Source: Chrysomallon squamiferum
Lineage: Eukaryota; Animalia; Mollusca
Length of the DNA stretch: 64,000 nucleotides
Assembly (NCBI GenBank): GCA_012295275.1
Contig: CM022665.1
Location: forward strand, 40,858,001 to 40,922,000
Direction: 5' to 3'
Each line of letters begins with the position of its first letter. Positions within the stretch are counted from its first letter, which is position 1. The translations under genes and the position numbers were made by a program. Of the stretch, positions 14,815 through 26,289 are shown one piece after another. The notes beneath the pieces were generated by a model. That model searched no databases and had not been told where the DNA came from. It saw nothing but the letters and a program-made list of their open reading frames with translations.

Positions 14815-14990
14815 GTAAAGCATCTTTTATATGAGAAAGAAAAAAAGAAAGAAAAAATACACCCTTCGATATAGCAGATTATTACAGGAGCTGGAAAAAG
14901 AAATAGGCCAACAGATACACTGAGGAGCATTGATCCAGTGATCTGTTCACACCAAGGGTGAAAACTCTTATTATGAGTTACAGCTTGCTC
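14811..14990 (-). mobile_element. Diverged SINE-like fragment including a degenerate tRNA-like head
   Basis: The minus strand reads gagcaagctgtaactcataataagag...ggatcaatgctcctca...ttggcctatttctttttccagc...catataaaaagatgc. This gives degenerate A/B-box-like motifs followed by the tatttct..ttccagc and catataaaa.gat blocks seen in the other copies. Confidence 0.55.
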
Positions 14991-15545
14991 TGTTTGTTCA
15001 GTTTACAAATTGTTTCAGACTATTAGTTCATTGTCTGTTGTTAGCAAATTGGTCGACTCGGGCTGCAGGGTTAACAGTGATCCAAAATATATATCTGTCC
15101 AGCCAGACAATGCAATTACTGTGCAGCTAAATAATATATGACTTAAAGAGTTTGGTCGTGCAAACAAAGTAATGAACTGAAGAAGTGAAACTCCTCGGTG
15201 ATAGATTGGAATGTTGTAAATGTAGTAGATACTATTTGAGGTTGGTGGATGTGATGAGAGAAAGGCAGAACACATAGAGACATTACTCAAGGATAAGAAA
15301 AATAAAAATAAAAATAAAGATTTTTTTTTTTTTTTTTTTTTTTCAATGTTTGAAATAAGATTCACATGTAAGTTACTCCAGCATAAAACTTAATTTAAAC
15401 TTGGTCAGTAAGAAATGAAATTATTCTTTCGTTAATGTGAGCTGAAATTTGAGGGTGATATGTTGTTTGTTGGGGTTTTTGGGGGGCTTTTTTTTTATAG
15501 TCTAACCTATGTATGGTGAATAATGGATCTTGCTTATATGACAAA

Positions 15546-15593
<48 letters not shown>

Positions 15594-16601
15594 AATTAAA
15601 GTAAATTAAATAATTAATTATATATTTCTTTGATACTGATTTTATTTTAAGAGTGGTCTTTATAGTTATTCATATTTTTCTTTACAGATTTATTTTATCT
15701 ACAGGCAGTCGATTCTTAAAAGTACATGACCTTTGGCACATACTAGCTAATGCATTTTGTAATTTAAATTCCATTTTTTTTATTTTTTATTTTTTATTAT
15801 TTTTTTTAAATTAATGTAATTGTTAGTGGTGTAGGATGTAATGTTATTTTTTATGATTTTATATTAATGAACATCCAGCACATTTTTGCTGTTATTGTAT
15901 TACCGACATACATAACAGGCTATTATATATTATAAATTTCTTCATTTTATTTATTATTGTTATTATTGTTGTTGTTGTTGTTATTATTACTATTAAAACA
16001 TTTTATTTTTAAATTTAAAAGAAGAATATAAAAAATAATCTCCAAAATTATAAACATCAACAAAAACGTCAATAAATCATAATTTAAAAAGACATTTTGT
16101 TAAGAAGATTAATTTTTTTTTTTTTTTTATCAAAAGTGACATCCAAAAATATCTGTTCATTTGTTCTGACTGATTAGTTGATACATGAAAACAACAAGAA
16201 CAACAAAAAAACAAACAGACATGAAATATCTTCTTAATGATGTAACATTAGTTTTAGGTCCACAAATGCAGTGGTTATGATACAAGGTCATAAAAAGATT
16301 AAGCAGGTAGGTTATGATGAATGTCTGATGTCACCACAACCTTCTAAATGTCATAGTAATAATTAGCCGTCTAAGATTCATTTGTAAATATATGGAAAAT
16401 TACATGGAATCATTATTTTAAATGAATCATATCAGTGACCTAATGTTTATTGTTTTTTGTTTAAATATACATACATGATACGTGAAAAACTTTTTAAATA
16501 TTATCATTGCCATCATTATTTTTGTATTGTTATTGTTACTTTTATTGTTATTATTATTATTATTATTGTTACTGTTGTTATTTTATTTATTGTTGTTGCT
16601 G

Positions 16602-16636
<35 letters not shown>

Positions 16637-17650
16637 ATTATTAAAGTAATTATGAAATCTGCAAACTAAAACAAGAGAAAAACCAAACAGAAGAATACCA
16701 GCATCCACTATGAACAGAAAAGTACATAACCTAATACACAAGTCTTGAAGTACCATGCTTTTTTTTCTTGCTTTTTTTTTCCACCTGTTGCCAATAGCAA
16801 GGTTCCAACTGAGTAAATGAGTTTTCTTTATCTAAATCAGAAAAGTACTTTACATGTAAAACATCTATTTAATTAAGTTCTTTTTATGTACTTTAACATT
16901 ATTTGCCTTCCCGGTTTATGTTTTTTACAGTTTACGATTTACTTTTAGTTTGGTTTTTTCTGTCTGTGGCTATGTGTTTGTCAATGAGTGAATGCCTGTA
17001 AATCAATGTATATATATACATGTATTTATTTTAATATATTTTTCAGAGAACATGAGAAAAGAACAAAGAACTAGTATAAAACTAAGACCAACATTAAGAA
17101 ATAGATAAAAATAAATTGATTAATTAATAAATAATAATAATAATAATATGCAGTAATACATTTGCAATTAATACATGTAATCTTAAATTTTGGCATTCTT
17201 AATATACATAATTTCATATAAAAATGTGTATAGAGTATATTGTATCCACAGGATTTTTATTTACTTTTTTTTTTGTTTTTTTTTTTGTTGTTGTGGGGTT
17301 TTTGTTCAGGTTTTTTTGTTTTGTTTGTTTGTTTAGATTTTTTTGTGGGCTTTTTTCCTTGACATTTAAAAAAAAAAAAAACATTTACTTCTTGATTTAA
17401 TGATTTGCTTCATTTTAACAATATTATATAGATTTTTATTTTATATTATCTTTGTTTTTATTTATCTACATAAACAATGTTTTCAACAAAAAAAAAAAAC
17501 ACCCAAAAACTACATTTTCAAGTTACATAAACAATTTTTTATTTTTTTTATTTTATTTTTTTTTTATTTATCTTGTGTCCCAAATAAAATAATCCTCTCT
17601 GCCATTTTAGAATGCAGCCTATGGAACAAAACACTTCAAGGATTCATTAA

Positions 17651-17694
<44 letters not shown>

Positions 17695-17927
17695 CTGATA
17701 ATGTCTGGAGCTTTTAAAAATATATATGTTACATACAGTGTTCATTAAGGTGTCTAGCATTTTTTTTTTAGAAATTTATTTGTTTATAATATATTTTTAT
17801 ACAGTGTTTATTAGACAGTCTGAGGGTGTTTAAAAATATAAAAGTCAAAATTATGATTTTTGTTTTAATTTCTTTCTGTGTGTTACACAAGTGTTATTCA
17901 TGTTAATAATTTCACAGGTTGTTTTAT

Positions 17928-17930
<3 letters not shown>

Positions 17931-17992
<62 letters not shown>
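17931..17992. repeat. (CT)n microsatellite
   Basis: Directly visible. Confidence 0.95.
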
Positions 17993-17995
<3 letters not shown>

Positions 17996-18704
17996 GTGTT
18001 TTATCTGCTTCTCTTTTTATTATTCTGCGTGTGTGTGTTGTCTGTCTCTCTATCTGTGTACCTGTCTCATTGCAGACAGATAATTAGGCAGCCTGAAATT
18101 TGTAAAAATGAAATTTATTTATAAGCAATGTTATTAAACAGTCTGGCAGTTTTGTTTTCTGTTTTTTTTTTGTTACAGTGATCAAAGATAAGAAATATTT
18201 CCTTGGCCATTTTCTGCTCCTTTGAACTTGGCCTGGAAATCATCACGTAGACCTTATCTGCATGCAAATTGCACAACCCAGTCAGCGAAAAATAAAAAAA
18301 TAAAAAAATGGAAATAAAACACACATCATCTAAGATGGCTTTTATTTATAATTAGTGGTATTTAAAGTTTACATCAGAGGGCTGGGAAATGGAAGAAAAA
18401 AGAAAGAAATCCATTTGTATGCAGGAGAAGCTAAAATGATGGTTGATTAGTTAGCAAAGACCTATAGGGCTGAATCTGTTGAAAGCAGCCTGCTAAAAGA
18501 TCACTGAAATATGGTCTCTTAATATAGACAGGTAATACAGTCTGTCATGTAAAAATGGAATGATGAATTTTTATATTTTTTAATGAGACTCTGTTTTTGA
18601 CAGTAGTCAGAAAATGATGCTAGCCACAGCTTGAATTTCATTTGTTTGCAAATTAATACCTAAACCCTAATATTGTTATGGATAGGAATATCTCATTCTG
18701 CCGT

Positions 18705-18735
<31 letters not shown>

Positions 18736-18924
18736 ATCACCAGTAAACCAAAGAAAATTTTCTTCATTTGTCTGTTGTAAAAAAAACTGTGGCTGCTAAC
18801 ATTATTAAAAATTCATAAGTTTTATTTATAATTTGCTTATTCATAATCTGTGTTTGAAAACCATCAGTGATTATTCTATTGACTACCATTTACAAATTAA
18901 GATAAAAATGTTTTTATGTTTTGA

Positions 18925-19020
18925 ATCTTACCGTCACACAGAAGGAAAGCACATACCTCAGACTTTGATATTCCAGTGATGCAAAATGGTTGAATAAGCA
19001 CACCAAGGACTGATCCTGCA
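18925..19020 (-). mobile_element. Diverged SINE-like core fragment
   Basis: Reverse complement attcaaccattttgcatcactggaatatcaaagtctgaggtatgtgctttccttctgtgtgac aligns with attccagccaatgctgcacacttgatgtaacaaaagaccacggtatgtactatcctgatgtgac at 43337-43400. Confidence 0.65.
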
Positions 19021-22000
19021 GCTTCACAGTTATTATTATTCTGTTTGTTACTGTACTGATTAAAGAAACTTTTTTCCAGATACCTCCCTAAGCATTGTTT
19101 ATGACATTTATTTACAGGTTGTTCAAAAAAGCCCATAGTTTATTTTCTGATTAAAACAACTTTTACATCGTACAAACATGCCTGCCTACCTTTCCAAATA
19201 GTTGTGCTTGTTGTTGTTGTTGTTTTGGGGGTGTTTTGAGGTGGGGTTTTTTTTGTGTGTGTTTTGGTTTTTTTGGGGGTTTAGGGGGGATTTCCATTAA
19301 TCTAATGCCTATATCATCTATATACAATTTGTTAATAAAATGGAATGGTTAAAACAGATCTGACTGTATGACATTTATTTTCAAAGATTCTGATCATACG
19401 AAAACACACTCTGTTTTTAATCTTTAGGATAATATTCCAATTTTTTTTTTTTTACTGATTCTGCAGACTGATTAATTGTGTTTTGAAATATGAAATTAAT
19501 AAGAGATGGATCTAGAAACAGAAATAAGTATTTTCTCCATTATTAAATGCTGTAGTTGTCAAGTCCTCTGATCTTGCCAATAAATGCTTTTCTCCAAACT
19601 TTAATCAAATTGTTTCAAGTAATTTCCAAGAAGACATATATTACTCCTTATATATTATTTATATACAAATAGAATTAAGTTCTTTGATCTTTACTGACAA
19701 AAATTGTTCTAAAGTTAAATACTGCTTTGAATTATTTTCCAAAAGGAAATGTTACATTATGAGGTACATAACATTAATGTTGGTATATGTGTTTGCATTG
19801 AACAGTGTAATTTTTGTCTACATAAAAATACATTTTTAATTCTGTTATTTTTAAAAAGATGAATTTTGTTCTTTATTTAAGACAGATGTTTGTGTATATC
19901 AAAGTTTTTCCTCATTCCAGACAAGGCTTTGTAAGTTGTATATGAAATGAGGTGATATATGAGTGAATAGGTACATATAAAATTCTGTTTTTTGTTTCTT
20001 CTTTTTATTTTTTATTTTTTTACCCTTTTTCATGTCTTAATTTAATGCATTATTAAATATATCAAGTTCTAAATAAATTCATAAACTAACACACACACAC
20101 ACACACACATACACATGCATTATAAATAAGAAGTTCAAATTCAATCAAAAATATAAAAAATTATGTAAACACATTTAGAACATTCTCAAAATTCATTTTA
20201 GTGTTTGTTATTTTTACTGAAATAAAATATATTTCTTCATGAAAATGATTGGTCTGTTATTTTTGTTGTTTTTTTTATTGCTTTTTTCTTTTTTTAATAT
20301 ACAAAAAAAAAAAAAAAAAATGTTTCAGTATGTTGAAATAAGGTTTGTGTTGTATCTTACTGTCAAAAAATACTCGCTATCTTATGATGAAATCTGTAAG
20401 TCAATTTTAAATTAATACTACATGTACTGGCTTACACTGGCTCAATAAATCAAAAAGAAAATTAATACTGGGATTTTTTGGCCTGCCAGACCAGCTTGTT
20501 GGTTACTCAGTCATTTATCATTGCTCTTTTGTTTTAGTTTTGTCATTTTTCTTCTTCTTCTTTACTTTCCTCCTCTTTCTTAGTATGTGTGTTTATGAAA
20601 GAATGGAAAATTTATTGTTACTGTTATTCTTTGGTCTAACAGTAGTCATTGTTGTAATTCCGTCATAATGTTTTGTTTAATTAAAATTAATAAAATAATA
20701 ATTATTAAAAGTGTTTTTGACTTGTTACATGAATAATGTTTTAATAATGCTGTCTTCTTTATAAAAAAAAAGAATATTTCAAAATTTTTATTATTTAAAA
20801 AAGAAATGTTTTTTTAACTTTTTATTATTATTTAATTATAGGTTATTTATAACACCATAATAATCTTATCTTTAACATAAATTTTTATTTTTATTTTATA
20901 TAAGTAATTGTTCATCTTTCTAAATGATTTTTTTTTTTCTTTTAAAAATATTTAGCTTTTGAAACATATCTAGTGACAATAATAGTAATAGTAGTAGTAG
21001 TAATAATAGTAATAAAAAAGAACAGTAGTAATAACAACAATAATAAAAAATAATAGTTACAACAACAGTAATAAATAATAACAACAACAAAGACAGTAAC
21101 AAATAAAATCAGAAATCAGAAAAGGTATCTTAATAAATTAAATCGAAAATAGAAATTCTTAGTTTGGATTGACAAATTATTCAAACCATTTCAGACAGCG
21201 TGCAGACTGTCAAGAGAATTCAGAACAAATGTAACTAACGATGTGTGATTTCCTTCATAGTGACATGAAACAGATATTTTTCTTTGCTTTAAATACCAGC
21301 ATGTGCCACAGGTTAAATGTTTAATGTTTCTGGGGTGGGGTTTTTTCAGTACAGACTGGATAGTTAAAGTATATTGTCTGTCTGTCTGATTGGTGCAGAT
21401 TGGGATTTTTTTGTGGGTTTTTTTTTGTGGAAGACCAGTCATTTTGGAACTGAATAAAAATATGTTTATTTATTCATTCATTATTATTATTTTTACTACT
21501 ACTGTAATTATTGTAATTGTTCTTACTGTTAATGTTGCTTTTGTTGTTTCTGCAGTTCTGATTAATACTATTATAATTACTGTTGTTATTTTGTACGTAT
21601 TTGTTGCTTTAATGGTATTTTGATTACTGTTGTGATGACGTTGTTGTCATTAACATCGCTCTTATTGTTACTGGAACTGTAGTTACTGCTATTTATGATA
21701 TTATTATGATTACTATTTTATTATCTCTATTATATATTTTTACTGGCAGCAACAAGAAACAAAAGAGAAAAAATATTCCTATATTCATCTTCCACAGAAT
21801 AATCAAAAGAAACTACAAAACAAATGCGTTGCTGTGCAAAACTGGCTTATAATTGAAATTTGACCACTGAAGTGAAAGGAATATAATATGCAGATGACGT
21901 TAGTGTGCTGTAATTGGCCTTCTTGGACAGTGGCAGGAAGTGGACAAGGCTACTGGACAACAGACACATATGGTGATAGCTGTGGGTAGCATGAGATATT

Positions 22001-22116
22001 AAGACTTTGTAGCAAACTAATTAATCAACAGACTTCCTGCATAGCTGTGTTCAGACAGTGACTGCAGCTGGGGTTTTTTTTTTTTTGGTTTTTTTTTTAA
22101 TTAGGATAAAATTTCA

Positions 22117-22380
22117 GAGGAAACAATGTCAAGGTCATAAGGTCATTGGTCAGAATGTCAGTGGACTTAAGGTCATAGTCAAGATGTCAGTGGACAAAAT
22201 GTCGTGGTCAAAATATCAGTGGATTAAATGTCTTTGTCAAAATGTCAATACACTAAATGGCATGGCCAGAATGAATACTGACTGTGTGTTGGTCGAAATG
22301 TCAATGGATTAAAAAGTTAGTGATCTAAATGTCAGTGAGCAGTAGGTATAGTTAAAGATGGTCAACAGGTCAGTGGATTT
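22117..22380. repeat. Degenerate tandem repeat of 15+14 bp subunits (29-bp dimer), consensus about GGTCAAAATGTCAGT/GGACTAAATGTCAT
   Basis: Consecutive units from 22148: ggtcagaatgtcagt, ggacttaaggtcat, agtcaagatgtcagt, ggacaaaatgtcgt, ggtcaaaatatcagt, ggattaaatgtctt, tgtcaaaatgtcaat. Confidence 0.8.
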
Positions 22381-22439
22381 AAAATGCATATACACAACAA
22401 TATATTAGTAAATGTTGGTATATTTTCAGATAAGGTACG

Positions 22440-22467
22440 TTTTTTGTTTTTTTATTTCCAGGTAAGT
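22440..22467 (+). other. Juxtaposed 3'/5' splice-site motif (candidate recursive splice site)
   Basis: TTTTTTGTTTTTTTATTTCCAG|GTAAGT: a polypyrimidine tract and CAG followed directly by the consensus donor GTAAGT (junction 22461/22462). Confidence 0.4.
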
Positions 22468-22793
22468 AATCTGTATAGATAGATACACAAAAATAGAATC
22501 ATGACATTTCACAAGAGATATTTTAACAAAAGAAATCCATTCTGCTGGAAATAATGACATTTCTTAATGGATGGTACATGTATAGTTCTAAATACCTATT
22601 TTTTTACTTTAATAACATTGACATTGTTCTTTTAAAACAAGTAGTGGGTGTTATGTGTCAAACTACAACACTGGTTTATCAAAGTCTATTATATATTTTC
22701 TATTTTAAACCGCAGGAAAGTGATCAGTGTTTGAAATGATAATCTCATATACAAGCAGACACAGTATAAATAGCAATCAAAGACCGAATCAGA

Positions 22794-22819
22794 AAGTGAC
22801 CTTTTAAAAAAGGTCACTT
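22794..22819. promoter_or_regulatory. Near-perfect palindrome with everted AAAGGTCA nuclear-receptor sites
   Basis: AAGTGACCTTTT-AA-AAAAGGTCACTT has perfect 12-bp arms and reads TGACCT-n8-AGGTCA. Function is inferred only. Confidence 0.35.
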
Positions 22820-23200
22820 CTTAATTGAGGTAATTTCATAATAAAATTGGCAAATACAAATGTGAGATTTTCACCCATGTGGTAGCTTAGCTGAAATGAA
22901 TTTTGTACTAAGTTGATAATTTCTGATTAAAAATGAATGCTTTTTGTCATGTGGTTGTTCTTTTTTTTTTTTTTTTTCTTTTTTTTTCACCGAGTTAATT
23001 TTATATTAAATTTAATAAATTTGAAAAACTAAAATGTTCACCCATGTGGCTTTTTAACTGAGATAATTTTTTATTAACTAGATGATTTGGGAAAGAAAAA
23101 GTGAGGTTTTTACTTATCTATATACCTAACTGAGGTCATTTTTATTTTAATTTATAGAATAAAAATGGGATTTTTGCCCACAAAGCTATCAGAATTGTAA
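22820..23200. repeat. Highly degenerate tandem duplication of about 70 bp
   Basis: ttcacccatgtgg recurs at about 22870 and 23037, and (a)ctgag.taatttt-like blocks recur at about 22825, 22890, 22990, 23057 and 23130. Confidence 0.45.
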
Positions 23201-24362
23201 TTTTTCAAATTGATCTGACTTTCTAGTTTTTCTTCAGCTTGCTTTTCTGTCTGATAAAATATTGAGGGTAACTTTATCCCTGTCATTCACTGATTATTTT
23301 AGGTATGATAGATTAAATATTAATTATTTATCTAATTACTAGTTGATAGTTTTTCATCTTTTTTTTTTTGTTTTCCTTTTTTTCAAATTCTTTTTTTAAA
23401 TTTTTTTATTTCTAATTTAATTTAATTTTATTTTAATCAGGCTTTAAGTAACAATTTTCAAAGTTTTTAAAATAATTCATTCTTTGTTTTTATTTCTTTT
23501 TTTTTTATTTGCTCTCCCTATAACTCTCTCTCTCTCTCTATCTCTCTTTATCTTTCTCTTTTTTCCATCTCTTTCTTACTGTTTTTTTCTGATTCTCATT
23601 TATACACTTATCTTATTTTTTTCTTGCATTTTCCCAGTACTCTGGCATCATCTCATAGAAAAGAGCAAAAAGAAAGAAGAAGAAAGAAAAAAAGCTGCAT
23701 CTTGTAAATTTATCCAGGATTTTATATTTTTTAATATTATTTATTTATTTATTTATTCTTTTTTAATGAAATAGTTAAGTGTTTTGTGCAGTGACATTAC
23801 ACATGTAACAATTTTTGGAATTTTTCATTTTAATATTGTTGTTTTTTCTTCTTTTAAAAAAAATAAAAAAAATTGTGTGTGTTTATTTGTGTAGAAACCA
23901 AAACAACAAGAAACAAAAAAGAAGACAAAAGAAGCTTCAGCCTCCATTCCTCCTCTGGAACTTATTATATTACTGTTTCAATTTTTATTTTACAAATTAA
24001 AGTGTTGGAAAAACAACAGTCATTTACAAGTTTACAAACTGTATTTAATCTATTTGTTCACACAACCAGAGGCACACACTTCAAACGTTAAACACACTGA
24101 GCCATGTTATGCAGAATGTAATTACGTTTGCAAACAAACAGCAGTTTTTAAATCAACAGTAAATGATTTAATTAAACAGAATAGTAAAAAAAGGTTCAGA
24201 AAAATTGAAATCATCTCTCTGGAGATTATCGTAGTGTAAACCTCTGTAATTTTGTGCATGAGGTCTTCTGTTCTAATTCCTAATAAAAAAAAGGTTATAA
24301 TAAGGGCATATTAGAGTGCTGTGCATTTCAGCATGTGTCCTTCTTAAAACTTTGATTTGCCT

Positions 24363-24527
24363 CTTTTTCATCATAGCCAATGCTCTAAGACATTTAAATG
24401 TGATTTACTGTTTATGGGAAGGTGCATATAAAAGATCCCTAGCTGCTGATCAAATAATAATATTCCGTCAGATGGCTTCTCCGTTCTCTTTTACCCTAAT
24501 ATGATGCCAAATAACCATAAATTTCAA
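24363..24527 (+). mobile_element. Diverged SINE-like fragment
   Basis: tttttcatcatagccaatgct...gtttatgggaaggtgcatataaaagatccctagctgctgatc...tgatgccaaataaccataaat. Shares agccaatgct with the copy at 43342 and atgggaaggtgc with the reverse complement of the copy at about 62226. Confidence 0.7.
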
Positions 24528-25826
24528 AGCAGAGCCTGTAATAATAAATCATGAAACATTAAATAGTAAAAATTATAATAATTAGAAATGAAATATACAG
24601 TTATATGTTACAAAAATTGGCCTGAAGACAGCATCAACAAGGATCGACCCTGCAACGTGTTACTCCTGTTGCAGACGATCCGTTTCTGACATACACACCA
24701 TTCCCTGGAGATATCTGGTTTTCTGTGTCAGTTGTAACACACAACTTAAATAAGATTCATTTATCATTTCTTGTGAGAACTAAATAATTCCCCTGCTTTC
24801 GACGCATCATAAATCACCCAACATTAGTCCAAATAAAAATATTCTGTTTTTCAAAAATGGGCTTTGTAATCTCAGAAAATGATCAAGATGGATACGAACA
24901 TAGACATTTCTGTTTCCTTTCTTTGACATTTTTCATTTTCTTCAAGTGAATGTTCGACTCGGAGGATGGGTGAACGTACCAGACAGTTCAATTTACACGG
25001 CATCAATGTGTTTGACAGTAATTAAAAAATCATGATCTTCATCAAGATGCAGCGTTATTGTTTTCATTCGTCTACGTCATCGCTGTTTCCTTAGCTTCCT
25101 TGTTGTCGTCAAAGGTTAATTTGAGTTGAGCTTTGTACACGTAGAAATTAGATTGATTGTAATAAACTGGTGTGGATTTTTAAATTTATAAATTGTTTTT
25201 CTTTTCTTTTTCGGTTGTGGGTGGATTGATACTTTTATGAATATTTAATTCTTTTTTTTTTTTTTTTTTTTTAATTTATTATTTGTAATTATTATAATTT
25301 TTTTAAATTCTTTTTTATTTTATTTTATTATTCATTTTTTTTAGCATGGATATAAATAAATAGATGTAAATTTAAAAAATGTCTACTACTCTCGTATATT
25401 TTCTGGATTTATAAAATATTTTTCATTTTCTTCTGTTCTGGTAGATGCATTGGTAATTACATAGATATTTAATTTCTTTTTGTATTTTATTATTATTCTT
25501 TTCTTTTTGTTTTGTTTAGTATAGAAATAAAATATATTTAAATTTATGTGTATGTATTTTATTATTTTATATTTCAGTTTTGTGTCTTATTTTTTTTTTT
25601 AACTTGTGCTTTATTACACCTTTTGTGATCAAATGTTGATAGAAAAAAAAAAATAATAATAAAAATGATGATAATGATGATGATAAAAAGTAAATAAAAA
25701 TAATGATAATGATAATAATAATTCATGCCTGACACACACAGATGTGTATTTCTTTTCTTCTAGTTCTATAGAGGGATTGTGACAAATCTAATCTTTTATT
25801 AAAATACCAATTAGCTGTATTTGATT

Positions 25827-25833
<7 letters not shown>

Positions 25834-25885
<52 letters not shown>
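25834..25885. repeat. (CA)n microsatellite
   Basis: Directly visible. Confidence 0.95.
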
Positions 25886-25891
<6 letters not shown>

Positions 25892-26289
25892 TATACATGC
25901 ATTATATCCTAATTCAATCAAAAATATAAAAAATTCTGTTGTGTGATTTTTAATTATGTTTCTCTTCACAGCATCTCAAACACACATTGTTTGATAATCT
26001 ACAGTTAAACAGAACTTTATGGATAAAGTCTTAGTGCAGATTTGTATTAATATCCATATATTTTTACAAGGATTAAGTTGAGATGCAAGATTAACGTTGA
26101 TTTTTGTCCCAGAGTAATGTGGTTTAATGATTATATTTGGTAAGATTCATTCACACAGCCAAAGAAGTAAGTTTCTTTCTGTTCTTGCTATTTTTATTAT
26201 TATTGTTATTTCTATATATTTATTAATATATTATCTGACATGCAATAACTTTTTTTTTTTTGATGTATCCAGTTTATTTTAAAATATGA

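Noticed and set aside
15015-15365. 116-aa minus-strand ORF and other 60-120 aa ORFs in the track
   Set aside because: They run through poly-A/T or dinucleotide tracts, show no recognisable domains, and often have non-ATG starts.
20970-21730. Complementary (AAY)n-rich and (RTT)n-rich blocks suggesting another foldback
   Set aside because: They could not be aligned beyond generic trinucleotide low complexity.
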